Source: Octopus sinensis
Lineage: Eukaryota
Reading direction: 5' to 3'
Assembly (NCBI RefSeq): GCF_006345805.1
Contig: NC_042997.1
Coordinates: 8,122,001-8,186,000 of the forward strand
Length of the DNA: 64,000 nt
Program-made: the position numbers and the translations under genes
Shown here: positions 50,540 through 64,000 of the stretch, piece by piece
Layout: every line of letters begins with the position of its first letter
Numbering within the stretch: position 1 is the stretch's first letter
Notes under the pieces: model-generated
What the model was told of the DNA's origin: nothing
Databases searched by the model: none
What the model saw: only the letters and a program-made list of their open reading frames with translations

Positions 50540-51850
50540 TACACACACACACATACACATACACATACACACACCTATCAACTCATCTCTAACTCTAGAA
50601 TTTAGGGTAGAGACTGCACATCAGATGTCCAGCCACTACCCTAAATTCTAAAGTTTCTCTAAAACAAGTATATGTGTGATTATTTAAAATGTATTCTCTT
50701 CAACACTCTTCTCTTCATCAGTGACATCACTAATATACTCACTAAACTGATCGCTGTATCAATATCTCCCGTATTTCTTTTCAAATTCCCGTTGCTATGA
50801 CGCTTTTTGAAGTCACATAACAGCCCGCACCTATTTTAATAATTCCTCGGAATTATGCTCATCAGTTTCCGTTTACCTCTTTCTGAAGATATTGTCATTC
50901 CTTAGCCATATGCTAGTCCCAACAGGGATGATACAAGTACCACTTTGCGTGTTAGAGAAACGGTCACACCTAGTGATCACACCTGGGCGTTTTTTCTGTT
51001 ATCACAATCAATAGTGTGGTTCATGATGCATGTTTGGCCACTTGGGTATAGTCGAATTAAAAACCCTAATATCAGTTAGAAAGCTATCCAGTAATTCATA
51101 AAACTTTTATTTCACATCCCATTAACGTGCAATTTGCAGTTCATCTCTCTCAGGATTATTAAGTAATTATCCTAATTTTATTCCACCCTCCTGAATTAAA
51201 TTTATCGTAAAAATCAATTGCTCAAATTAAAAATAAACGATGATATTTTTTATCATCTCAAATACCTCAATCGTCTTTTGTGCTAAATTATGATTACATT
51301 TTATTGGCAAATTGAAGGAAGTTAATATGATGTATGGTGCGATCTGAATCGGAGAACTCAACAGGTGAAACTAAATGTGGTAAGACATTAAGAAACAGGA
51401 AAAAGCTTTAACTATAGAAACCAAATTATTTAAAATAGATGCAGTTACTCGTTAATCATACACTGACTCTGACAAAACAGACTCGCACTCATTGGAGCTT
51501 CCGTGGTATATCATCGTCTCCGTCACTCTCTTCCACAGGCGTTGTGTATTTAGGATTATTTGTTTAATGTGTGCCTTGCTTTTCAAGGCGATAGAATTGT
51601 CGATAGAATTGTAATTTGGAAGAGACGTGGTTAATTCTATGGAATTAAAATAATACTTGGAGGATACCCTGTTGTTTCCATGGGTCATGCAAAGTTCAAA
51701 AATAATAACATTCATTACATTGTATAGATTAGGTGTATTCAAAATTTATTCTGCACAAATAAGTCTTTCCGTTTGGCTGCTCATAAATCATCAATAAATA
51801 TTAACAAATTAGATTATGTTTTGAAGTACATATATCACATATATGTCAAT

Positions 51851-51960
<110 letters not shown>

Positions 51961-53594
51961 TCGTAGCGTGACTGCAAACATATTTCATAATAGTAATCTT
52001 AACAAAGCACTCTCATTATAAGTAGCTCCCACAATTTACTTAAATAAAAATCAAAATATATACACATAAGAAAAATACGCTTGTGTAGTCGTGACAATTA
52101 TATCAAAATAGACCACAGTGTGAACACATTGTGGGATGATAATTGCTATGAAGTAGCACGAGTGAGTACACTTGTACCTATTCCATTTCCTCTTTATTGT
52201 ATATTCTCAGAAACCCTTTGATCAAATGGGAAAGATAAAGATATACATTAATGAACACAAATTTACTGCATTAGTTGTACAGATTATATCAATGACAAAA
52301 TGGATGAATGACATGATTTGATTCGATAGATTTTTTTTTTTACTCCTTATCAAAAATGTTCTAAAAATACTACTAATATCATCAACACTACTATATTACC
52401 GAACACTAATGATCTTCGTCATCATAATTCTCATTATCACCGTCATCATAGTGAACAATAAGAATTAGTTGAAAGACTCACTTGGCAAATCCCATATTTA
52501 TTATCATCTTTTCGTGGAACAACAATAAATAAAGAAAATATATCCATTCTCGTGAGCATGTTATACTTTTTAATATCACAAAATTGAATCAATAATCCCA
52601 ATTTTTAATACTATTGGTATATTGCAATTAAAATAATACTAATTTGTTATTGCGGTGCATTGAATGTACACCATATGCAGTTTATTTTTATTTGTACAAT
52701 CACACTGCGAAACAGAGTTTAGTTTTCTCTCAACCAGTACGGGTAATAATATATTTTAGCCTTTCTAGGTCTACTTATTTCCAATGTTAGGTCGCATATG
52801 TCTAAACTAAATGTTTGCCATGCAAGAATATGAGAAGGATATGTATTTATGATGTGAATGCTCTGTTAGCCAAACATTAGGAACTTCACGTATTTATTAT
52901 CAAAAGACACTCAGAGAAAAGCGATATTAAAAATAGATCGACGTCAGCATGAAATGTTGGAGAAAAATACGGAATGCTCAGTTACTCTAATCAAATATAT
53001 CAAATATTTCAATAAAGAAGGCGTTATTGCTGTTACAAGGGAAACTATCAATGATCAGTATGATGTCATCTACTTTTCTACCATTTTCTTTTAATTTAAA
53101 CTCAGTTAGATTGTTTATGAAGTGATAACTATAATCGTGAGGGAAAATCTTCATTGAAAATTACAGCATAAACGATTTCAGGAATGCCAACATAAAACGA
53201 AGGAAAGCATTAAACTCGCAGTTAAGTTTCAATCAAAGCACAAGTAATAGCTTGATTTTCGGTATTGAAATATAACGTCTAACTGGAATAGGCAATATAT
53301 AGTGACTATCAGATATCTACATGCCTTACAATCAGTAATGATCTTTCCTCGTGATCTCACATGTATTCCAATTATTGCTTACGAAAGGGTGACTGATGAT
53401 TTTGGTCACAGTGGTGATGTTGTTATTACGATGTGGAATTCAGCTACACCTCTGCTTGTGTCAGTCACTTGCTAGAGTTGATTGACGATTTAAATCGAAA
53501 AATAGATCGGCCATTACTGGTATTTCTTGAATTCATTGAATGCATTGCATAGAAATGGCTGTGCGCCAAAACTAATTTTCCTCTTTACGCACAG

Positions 53595-53624
53595 AAAATG
53601 CTTCAGACTCAAACAACAGCTTAG
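53595..53624 (+). CDS. candidate 30-nt phase 1-1 micro-exon (xNASDSNNSL)
   Basis: Branch point ACTAAT plus polypyrimidine tract tttcctctttacgcacAG; donor TAG|GTGAAA; frame-preserving length. Confidence 0.45.
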   Translation, partial: KMLQTQTTA

Positions 53625-54164
53625 GTGAAACCTTCAAATAGAATATTGGTTTTATATCTCAGATAGCTTGACTGATAAACACAAACACAGAATCATAACA
53701 GACTATATCAAATACAAATCCTAGCCACTAATTGGAAAGGAATCAACTGCTGACATACAATGACCTCTAAACGGCAGACACACTGATTCATCACACCGTT
53801 TCAAAGATCCCACTTTTTCAGAACCATCAGCAGGCATACTGCACCAAATTCCAGCGTCTCCATTTCTACTTTACTATCCATAAGTGTTCTACCATATATA
53901 AAAATAATTCTAGCATACGTATTATATATTACCAATGGCCTATAACAAAAGCTCTGAATGCTTTAGGCATTGTATTTAGACCTTCTGCAGTTACACATGC
54001 CTCAAAAAATTTCATATTCAGTTCTTGTTGTAAATTAGATTGATTCATACATGCCAAAATATAAATATATGTATACGTACCCATGTATATATATATATGT
54101 GTGTGTGTGTGTGTGGTGTGTGTGTGTGTGTGTGTATATATATTTATATATACATATATATATA

Positions 54165-54195
<31 letters not shown>

Positions 54196-54204
54196 TTATA
54201 TATT

Positions 54205-54240
<36 letters not shown>

Positions 54241-54254
54241 ATACATATATATAT

Positions 54255-54420
54255 AATAATAATAATATTAGGGAATAAATCCAAACTTACAGGGAAAAAT
54301 TAGATTTAGGATTAAATCCAATTTTATAGTATAAATATATTATATTATATTAAATTAGAGATAAAACCACTATTAGGTAAATCAAACAGTGAAAACATGA
54401 GCCAATACATAAATTAATTT
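54255..54420 (-). repeat. family-1 repeat remnant (tail + diverged arm) between (TA)n tracts
   Basis: Reverse complement of the 22880-23020 junction. Confidence 0.8.
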
Positions 54421-54424
54421 ATAT

Positions 54425-54528
<104 letters not shown>

Positions 54529-54822
54529 TAACATATATTTAGGAACCATTCTGATTCATATAGGTAATTATATGTGATATATTAAAATAGACTTGTATGA
54601 AAGATGATGTCTTGTAGAAGGGCATCTTCTTTAGAACTGATCAAACAACCAACTACACATAGTAAGCAAAACGATTTTTTATTTCGCAAATATATATTTC
54701 AAAGAGATATTATAACAAAAAAGACGCAAGTCAAATTAGTACTAGATACAAATTTACCTTTTAATTCCACAGCGCAATATGTTATTAAATTTACCTGAAA
54801 ATAATAGATTTGACGTATCTTA

Positions 54823-56038
54823 CGAGGGGCGTTCAATAAGTAATGCCCCTGACCCACTTCGCATAGCAGTAGAGTAACGAAACTTGGCACAGTTATTAGT
54901 CTTTTTATACGTAGGAACCACCCAGAGTTATGCATTTCTCCCATCGTTTGATGCAGCCCTGGAGACTGTTTTTCTAGAAGACCCCAGCTTGGTCCTCCAG
55001 CCACGACGTGACTTCAGAAATCAAGGCTGCATCATCTGGGAAACGCTTTCCTTTCAAAAACAACTTCATGGCTGGGAAGAGGTGCAAGGTCAGAAGAGTA
55101 GGAGGATGGGGGAGGCGTTCATAGCCGCACACCTGCGCTTCTGAGGGTCCTGCAGGAGGAGGGTGCCTTTGCTGATCTTGCCCCACCTCTTGATTTTGAT
55201 AGCTTCTCTTAATTTCTCAAAAGTGAAGCATAATAGGCTCCTGTAATTGTGGTAACATTTGCCAGGAAATCTGTCATCACTACTCCGTCCTGGTCCCAGA
55301 AGACTGTGAGTATGACCTTGCCAGCGGAGGGCACCCTTGCTTTCTTTGGAGGAGGTGAGTCACGGTGCTTCCACTGCATTGACTGGGCTTTGGTCACTAG
55401 ATCATAGTGATGGATCCAGGTTTCATCCTGTGTAATCAGTCTTTTGAAAAATTTTGACTCATCTTTTTGGCACATCTCCAAATTCATCCTCGAGCACTCG
55501 ACGCGTTCTTGCTTCTGGAAAGGCGTGAGCAACCTGGGAATCCATCTGGCAGACACCTTTTGCATATGCAAATGGTCATGAATGATAGTTTCCACAGACT
55601 CGGTACTAATCTTGACCTCATGGGCTATTTGGCAAATAGTTATGCGTCGATCTTCCAAAATGGCAGCTTCAACTTGATGGACAGATGCCTCATCAATGGC
55701 AGCTGGGAGGCGACCAGATCTGGGGGCTGTTTCCACAGAGTTCCGACCATGTTTGAATTCACGATGCCAGCGTTTTACAAGGTCATATGATGAAGCAATA
55801 TCACCATTAGTTACTTTCATTTCATCAAAAATCTCCCGTGGTGTGCGTCCTTTCAAATACAAAAACCGGATCACTGCTCGACACTCAACAGGCTCCATTC
55901 CACACTTGACTCACAATTAGTTCAGAGCTGTAATTCGCCACTCAATCTATAGAGATATAAATAATTGCAAATGCAGAATTTCAGCTAGATCAAGCAATTG
56001 CAAGTGGGTCAGGGGCATTACTTATTGAACGTCCCTTT
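54823..56038 (-). mobile_element. near full-length mariner, ~35-bp TIRs, TA TSD, non-autonomous
   Basis: TIR CGAGGGGCGTTCAATAAGTAATGCCCCTGACCCAC at 54823 and its inverse ending 56038; TA on both sides. Small deletions near the 2nd and 3rd catalytic D relative to the copy at 1-404. Confidence 0.95.
55209..55898 (-). pseudogene. truncated mariner transposase (HTH domains + first catalytic D), 229 aa
   Basis: MEPVECRAVIRFLYLKG, RSGRP, SARWIPRLLT, ITQDETWIHHYD. A frameshift gives an early stop after YYASLLRN. Confidence 0.92.
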
Positions 56039-56923
56039 TATCTCTTCCATTTTTCTATAGTTTCTATGTCTTTTTCTTTTCTCCTCTATTCTTCATGCTG
56101 CTAATTTCGCGGGTTGATCACAAAAGCACGGTTTTCCTAGTAAACACTGACACACCAATTTGACTCTGATCTTGTTCTTTGTGATATATGCGCTATTACA
56201 GGTAGCCATTCTAATATTTTTGCTCGTAGTTGTACAACTTATTATAGAGAGGGTTTTTTTGTATGAGCTCGGTTCAACTCCTATTGAGCTTTCTTCTCGT
56301 CAAAAGCCTTACAACAATCAATTAGTTGTCTTAATTATTTCCACTAATACATATGTAGTACTAACATAGCCTAGTTCCATAGAGGTGTAGCTACTACTAT
56401 TAGCATGCTGGTAGTAATTTCATTAGTTGTAAGTGCACTGGCGGTGAGATAGTGGCAGATGGTGGAAATATCATTGTAATATCATAAAATGTCGATAGTG
56501 AAATTGACATTGATTTCAACGCCAAGAGTATTGATAAACATGCAGTGTCTTAATGAAATTTGGGTATATTATTTCAAGGATACATTGTGTCTGTGTGTAT
56601 GTGTGAGTGTGTATGTGCGTGTGTGTGTGTACTAATATAGACATATAAGACAAAGTAATGTAATTATTATATATTTTGGTTCGGACTGAAGAATAGATTA
56701 GTGGCATGAAATAAACTACGAGTTGTACTTTTTCCAAGCCAATGACTACAATTGGAAGAAGATAAATGAATTAAAATAGTGACGAAATCTGGGTTATACT
56801 ATCATTTACTCAGCGTGCATCAGTGCGGCTGTAAAGAAAGTCGTTACATATTACAGTTCACCCAACTACACACAGAAACACAAAAGACGTATATGTCATT
56901 TGCGTGAATGAATGCATGTTATA

Positions 56924-56983
<60 letters not shown>

Positions 56984-57234
56984 CGTATATATATACGTAA
57001 ATAGATAGATCGATCGATAGATATAGATATAGTTATGTATGTGTGGGAAGACATATATATATACATATATATTTGTATATATATATATAAATCTATATAT
57101 ATATGTGTGCATATATAAAAATACATTATATATGTATATATACATGTGCGTATATATATATATATATATATGTACACACATATATATATATATATACATA
57201 TACATGTGTACATATACATATACTTAGGAATAGG

Positions 57235-57314
<80 letters not shown>

Positions 57315-59704
57315 GTGTGTGTTGTGTGTGTGTGTGTGTGTGTGTATACATATATATATATTATCTGTAGGTGCATGAATGTAAGTATATAGTTGACTTT
57401 GTGTGGTGCAATTATAATATGCGAATGAATTAATCATCAGTACCAATATTCCAAAATAACAACCAGATGTATATGACAAGAGATCTTTTCCATTTATTTA
57501 AGTACATTAATGCAAGCATACTAAAGACATAGCCGGCAGTGACTTTTCAGTTTCGGCTTAGTTATTTTCCTCTTAAATGGAACCGATCGGAAATTTTGAA
57601 GTTACTGTCAACTGTTACGGTTTCAGTGTAAAATAATTGAGTGATCTTTCGAATGACGTTTGACTGTTGTGTGTGTGTGTGTCTGTGTGTGTGTGTGTGT
57701 TTGTCTGTGAGTGTGTGTGCGTGCGTGCGTGCTTATGTGCGTATACGTATATGATAAATATATACATTTAACTATATATGTAAGTATATATGTGAATGTG
57801 CGGTAGAAGTGGTTATAGACACATTCACACAACGATGTACATAAATTTACCAATTTTTGTTTTTCCACTGGGAGCGATGTTAAATATTTGTTTAATAAAA
57901 TAACTGTGTTTACATTCATAAAACTGGCTAACTGAATATTTAAACTTTTCATATTTACATACATATAAATATATATACACATATATGTTCATACATGTGT
58001 GTGCGTGTGTGTGCTTGTATGTGCGCACTCGCGCGTGTGGCTGCGTATATGTATATATATATACACAAACACTCATACACACACACACACACACACACAC
58101 ATACATACATATATATTCCTGTATGTATGCATATACGTATGGGCGTTTGTGCATGTACCATTATATATTCTCATTAACATATTTCTATCAACATTGTCCT
58201 TCCATTTATTTTCATTTTGCAACGTTAGCTTTTTTTTTTCTCCTATATAATAAAAGTAATATTCAGAATATCCTCTTTTTCTTAAAGCCAGAATCGTTCA
58301 TCAATACCTTGCAATGGAAAACTTCTACTCTTTGCAGCCCAATGCACTCCAGGGGGATTCTTTCCTGCACGTTTGTATATTAAGCATTTTCCATAATTCT
58401 TAGTTTACCTGCATTTCTCTTCCCTGCAATGTAATCTCTCATCTGTAACTAATCATATTTACTTTTTCCCCTCATCTTATTTTCATTGTATTCATTACCT
58501 GTATCACAAACAGGTAGCATTATTCTTTTGGCACATGTTTCATACAGTTTGCACTTTGTCTAATAAGAGCGAGTGGGGGAAACTTTACTTTGTTTTTAAC
58601 AAAGGTAGCATTCTGTAAATAACTGTCATATCTGCAGCGACTTGGATCACAGGTCTATGGTTTAGAGCTTTCCTCGGATGAGCAACAACCTTATCTTAAT
58701 AGGTAGCACTACTAGAAAATATTACTCAATGCATAAAAATTTCACAATAATAGTACAAAGCTACTTGCTACTGCTTAAAATATTAAGCACTACCTTCATC
58801 TGAAAATGTTGTGTGCTGACTACATCAAATACTACCATATTACAAAGTAATTGTGCAGAAAATACATAGTTTCTGAAATGGGCTTGAGAATTTGTCAGAT
58901 ACAGATTTCACGAAAAAAAAGGAAATTTAAGTTGAGAGTAAAAAATTGAAATTATAGAAAACAGTCGAAATTGTTTCTGGTTCTGCGACTCTTCAGCTTT
59001 GAAATTGCTTATGCTAGCAGAAACAGAAACAATATCAGGAAAACATTCTTAATATTCAAAGTAAGATGAACAATTTCGTAAAATTAATGGAAGAAACTAT
59101 AGATATTGATATATTTTAGAGTTTTATTTTAACCTAATATCAAAATCAAAAAACAAAATCAATATCAAAATATCAAAAAAGAACAAAGCAAAAACATTCA
59201 TATCAATATCAAAATCAAAAGCATGGTGAGGATAATTTACACTTTATGTAGAATAAACCTATATAAACAATAGTTAATTAAGTGCATTGGTTCCAAACGT
59301 GCGTTTTCGAAAATAGTCATCCAGTGGATTTTTAAGGGCCACTATTTCACATTTGAACTTTGTAACACAGCAATTGTTCATAATCAATTATATGCAATGA
59401 TGAAACTTGATTCTGTTATCTAAATAATTGCATAGTTAGTAACTGTAAATTATTTCCGAATGGCAATTGGTTACTGCAATGCACATAGCAGACAAATGAG
59501 TCATCGATCAAACACGTTTAACACGGAAACAACGGGACAATTCATTTATAATATGGCCTCACTGAATACAATTAAGTTCATCAAGTGAAGCTAAGATGAT
59601 AAATGAAACGCTGCATGGTATTTCATTTGACGGCCAGGTATCTAATAACACACAGTCAACATTTGCTGCTACATCAGTTTCTTTTTCCTTCCTTCTAATT
59701 ACAG

Positions 59705-59759
59705 ATTTTACAATTGAGACTATAAATATTATCAACTACCAATCTCTGCAATTGGAAAC
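59705..59759 (+). CDS. candidate exon (xFTIETINIINYQSLQLET, or terminal ...LETYLWA*)
   Basis: Very strong acceptor ttctttttccttccttctaatttacAG; only the phase-1 frame is open; weak donor GTACCT. Confidence 0.35.
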
Positions 59760-60044
59760 GTACCTATGGGCATAAAAGATAATTTGATTGTCTCGTTGAA
59801 TATTTTTTGATCGGTCAATGTTCACAGAATGTTGTATCTATTTGAAATAAATTTAGTGAAACCTTTACAACAATGAAACCTACCTTCTTATATAACGCTG
59901 CATATTGTGCAACTCATATAACAGCAGATACTGTATGTACTGCATGCATTTCCCCCTCCTCCTCTTCCTCCTCCTCCTCCTCCTCCTCCTACTACTACTA
60001 TTGCTACTACTGCTGCTGCTGTCACTACTACCATTATTACTACT

Positions 60045-60368
60045 ACTTATTTATTTATTTATGCGCCCTTTTCAAGCCTAGTCAGGCTCATGGGTCCGGT
60101 TTCCCGGTTTCTGTGACGTATGTGTTCCCCCCAGTTGGACGGGAGGCCAGTTCATCGCAGCGTTACTCAAGAAACAGGAAGAAAGTGTGAGAGAAAGTTG
60201 GGGCGTAAAAGTACAACAGGAATCGCCACCACCCTCTGCCGAAGCCTCGTAAAGCTTTTTAGGTTTTTTTCGCTCAATAAACACACACAACGCCCGGTCT
60301 GGGAATCTAAACCACGATCTTCAGACCGTGAGTCCGCTGCCCTAACTACTGGGCCATTGCGCCTCCAC
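60045..60368 (-). mobile_element. SINE family B
   Basis: Homologous to 38542-38859; (TAAA)n tail. Confidence 0.88.
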
Positions 60369-60369
60369 T

Positions 60370-60662
60370 GCTGCTACTACTACTACTACTACTAATACTA
60401 CTACTAATAATAATAATAAATATAATAATAATAATAAGAAGAAGAAGAAGAAGAAAAAGAAGAAGAAGAAGAAGAAGAAGAAGTAGAAGAAGAAGAAGAA
60501 GAAGAAGAAGAAGAAGAAGAAAAAGAAGAAAAAGAAGAAGAAAATGAAGAAGTGGGTGTAAGAGGAGGAGGAGGGAAGAGTTCTACGAAATTTTCTTGAT
60601 ATCTGAAGAGATTTCTTATGCTTGTAAATAACCCTCCTACTTAAAAAAACATGTAGTAGCTT

Positions 60663-60707
<45 letters not shown>
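60370..60707. repeat. compound (TAC)n/(TAA)n/(GAA)n microsatellites
   Basis: Direct inspection. Confidence 0.85.
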
Positions 60708-60709
<2 letters not shown>

Positions 60710-60948
60710 CATCCCTGCAAGAAGTGCAAAAGATTGTCTTAACTGGTACATCACACGTATTGAGAAGAGCATTGTCGATGTGAGAACTGTTGCTGCTCAT
60801 GTATTTTAACTTTAAAAAAAAAAAAAATGAACGAACTACTGAGTTTGGTTTAATGGCCTACCAATGTATACTATGAGTTTCTTTGCCCTAGGAGTCGGGA
60901 AGACACTCGGCAAGAAATGGAAGTAAATTTGAAAGAAGAAAAAAAAAG
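60708..60948 (+). mobile_element. R4/Dong-clade LINE, extreme 3' fragment of a second subfamily
   Basis: PSLQEVQKIVLTGTSHVLRRALSM* plus 3' UTR, embedded in (TAA)n. Confidence 0.75.
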
Positions 60949-60956
60949 TAATAATA

Positions 60957-60995
<39 letters not shown>

Positions 60996-61014
60996 TAATA
61001 ATAATAATAATAAT

Positions 61015-62969
61015 ACGCTCTCTCCACTCCTTTTCTGCTTGGCACTGTCACCTCCATCTGATATGCTAAATAGAACTGGATGCGATATAAATATTACGGC
61101 AAAACGATCAGCCACCTTTTATATATGGATGACCTAAAACTATACGCTGCAAATGACAAACAGCTGGAAACACTATTAAAGACAGTTCATGGATTTACCA
61201 AAGAAATAGATTTGAAATTGGATTAGAAAAAGGCGCCAAAGTAACCCTGAAAAGAGGAAAACTAGTTAAGAGTAGCACATCACACTAGATAAAACCAATG
61301 AAATAAAAGAATTAGACCAAAGCCAAACTTACAAATACTTAGGAATCCATGAACTAGATAGGACACAACACACACAAATGAAAGAGAAAATAAAAAAGAA
61401 TATTATAGACGAGTTAGATCATACTAAAAACAGAGCTCAATGCTAAAAACAAGATAATAGGTATTAACACTTTAGCTGTCCCAGTTATAAGTTACAGCTA
61501 CAATATCCTTAACTGGACACTAAATGAACTGACCAAAATAGATAGGAAAACAAGAAAAATAATGACAGGATCTAGGATGCATCACCCAAAATCTAACATA
61601 GAAAGACTATATATACAACGTATAGAAGGTGGTAGAGGCCTTATACAGCTGGAAAACTACTATAAAATAACCACCATAGGACTGCAAAAGTATCTACTTC
61701 AGAAGGAAGGAAAACTGATACAAATAGCGGCAAAACACGAGCAAAACAAAAAACTGTTCTCAGTATTTAAGGAAGCTGACAAATACAAACAAGAAATCAT
61801 ACCACCTAATAAACATGAAGAAGAAGAAGAAGAAGAAGGAGAAGAAGAAGAGGAGGAGAAGAAGAAGAAGAAGAAGAAGAAGAAGAAGAAGAAGAAGGAG
61901 GAGAAGAAGAAGAAGAAGAAGAAGAAGGAGGAAAAGAAGAAGAAGAAGAAGAAGAAGAAGAAGAAGAAGAAGAAGAGAAGAAGAAGAAGAAGAAGAAGAA
62001 GAAGAAAAGCTATAAAACAAATGAAATCCAAACTAAAACTAGAACAGCAAAGAACCATGATAAAACGATGGCAAGAAAAGCCCCTTCATGGTAAATACTG
62101 GACTAAATTAATGCAAAAGAAATAGACAAAGAAAAATCCCAGCAATGGTTGAGAATCTCGGGACTCAAAGCAGAGACAGAGGGATTTTTAATTGCAGCAC
62201 AAGACCAAAGCCTCCCCACTAGAAATTACCAAAAACATGTAATGAAAAGAAATATAACAAGTAACTGCAGAATATGTGGAGATGGACAAGAAACATCGAC
62301 AAGAAACAATAAATCATATTATCTCTGGCTGCCCAGTCCTGGCTAAGAAGGAATATCTTCACAGACATGACAGAGTTGGAACCTACATACACTGGAAGCT
62401 ATGCCAATATTATGGAATAACAACAGAAAAAAGATGGTATAGGCACACACCAGAAAATGTCACAGAAAACGAGAAAGCAACCATACTCTGGGATATGCCG
62501 ATACACACAGATAGAGAAATTAAGGCCAACAGACCAGATATAGTTGTCAGAGATCATGAAGAAAAAAAATGCTTTCTAATTGATGTATCAATACCGGCAG
62601 ATGACAACGTCTCTGTAAAAGAAATGGAGAAACATTCAAAATACAAAAACCTGGAAATAGAGTTAACCAGAATGTGGAATCTAAAAACAGAAACAATTCC
62701 TATCATAGTAGGTGCATTAGGCATGATAAAAAAATATTCAGACAAATACATAACAAACACACCAGGACTTACAAACACATAACCTATAGAAAATTGCACT
62801 ACTAGGCACTGCACACATCCTACGCAGAACACGTTCCATACAATAACCATCAGAGCATCACAAAAAATCACAGCACATACTCAAGGCACACAGAGCTGCG
62901 CTCGGTAGTGAAGTGAAAGCACGCTATAAAAATAAAACTACTGAATAATAATAAAACTACTGAATAATA
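61015..62969 (+). mobile_element. 5'-truncated R4/Dong-clade LINE (RT C-half, CCHC, RLE endonuclease) in (TAA)n
   Basis: LSPLLFCLAL, SHLLYMDDLKLY, YKYLGI, GGRGL, AETEGFLIAAQDQ, CRIC..HIISGC, RHDRV, NRPDIV, LIDVSIP, IPIIVGALG. Frameshifts present; (TAA)n on both sides. Confidence 0.94.
61817..62006 (+). repeat. (GAA)n expansion inside the Dong ORF
   Basis: Direct inspection. The ORF 61562-62125 stays open across it. Confidence 0.95.
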
Positions 62970-63029
62970 ATAATAATAATAATATAATAATAATAATATA
63001 ATAATAATAATAATAATATAATAATAATA

Positions 63030-63062
<33 letters not shown>

Positions 63063-63064
63063 TA

Positions 63065-63270
63065 ATTGTTTCTAATATAAGCACATTTTGTGGGAAGAGG
63101 TCAGTCAATTTCATCAACCCTAATCCTCAACTGATATTTATTTTATTTACCCCCAAAAGGATGAAATCAAAGTTCACTTCGGCGGAATTTGAACTCAGAA
63201 AGTAAAACCCGAAGAAATGCTGGTAAGCTAAGTATTTTGTCCGGCCTTCTAACAATTCTTTAGGATCATT
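63065..63270 (-). mobile_element. third tRNA-derived SINE family, degenerate
   Basis: Reverse strand ..TTCTGAGTTCAAATTCCGCCGAAGTGAACTTTG..TTTCATCCTTTTGGGG..; B-box-like GAGTTCAAAT. Confidence 0.65.
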
Positions 63271-64000
63271 AGCCTTATAATTTCTTCTGCTTTAAGTACA
63301 TATCTGAAGGAAATGATCCGTCAAGATGATTTTGTCTCACGGTAAGGAGTACAACAGGTCTTTCGATCCACCGGAAAACATTATCCCGTTTGAAAAAGGA
63401 ATAGCTATGACACTATTTGCTGTATTTCTATCAGAAACATACCGCAAATGCAGGCTCAAAGATACACTTCTGACTGTACAATTGTGCCTCAGTACATGGG
63501 TCAAGGAATAATAACAGAAAGCATTGGATACATGTATCTATAGACAGTGGTGCAATTTTGTCCAAATCAAGCTTAATGAGAGGTGAGCTGTCACATAGAA
63601 CATCAAAATGAGCTAACAAGATCTAACGATGCAATATTCAAATGTCAGAACTCTGTTCACTAGATATCTACTAGATAAAACTCTAATTGCACTTCCAATC
63701 TCATATATGCTTTTGTCTGTTAAATAGTTAGGTTTAAGTGACCATTGCCTCATCAACTATGATATTACTATTATCTTTGCTGCTGTTGCACATAAAGCGA
63801 ATTGATTCAAACACACACCTAAAATTTAAGGTTTTGTAAATTGTATTTTGTCAAAGTAACTGTTGCTTTTAATACTTTTATCTGCAAATATATGCAAATA
63901 TATTTCATCATAGTTTGGTTTCACTGGTAACAGTCTCAACATTGCCTAATGAAATGGTGAATTTATGTAATAATGTAAGTTGCGTAACAGCATGTAATAT

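Noticed and set aside
50835-50875. CTGATGA followed by an 8-bp hairpin on the minus strand
   Set aside because: No GAAA or stem III follows.
61699-62058. Poly-F/L/S and poly-K/R ORFs
   Set aside because: Alternative frames of the (GAA)n tract.

Overview
Eukaryotic, very AT-rich, microsatellite-dense DNA dominated by transposable-element relics. The SINE families and the (TA)n/(CA)n/(TAA)n/(TAGA)n density suggest an octopus/cephalopod genome; this is an inference, not a database result. There are no prokaryotic features, CRISPR arrays or rRNA genes, and no long intact host CDS. Recognisable elements: four mariner transposons, a Chapaev3-like transposase relic, a near full-length decayed CR1-clade LINE (5980-10511), three R4/Dong-clade LINE pieces in (TAA)n arrays, two Penelope-like (RT/GIY-YIG) fragments, three tRNA-derived SINE families and MITEs. 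The most striking unexplained structure is a set of about ten minimal type-I hammerhead-ribozyme motifs from at least five short repeat families, usually next to (TA)n tracts. Two of these occur as ~280-300 bp inverted duplications (22369-22940 and 27073-27784). Two families carry non-canonical cores: a U3-A8 covariant, and A6U with an extra A. Several short splice-site-bounded exon candidates, including a duplicated 52-nt exon, hint at unidentified host gene(s). Most ORF-track entries are microsatellite artefacts. All boundaries were read by eye and are approximate unless a TIR or TSD is quoted.
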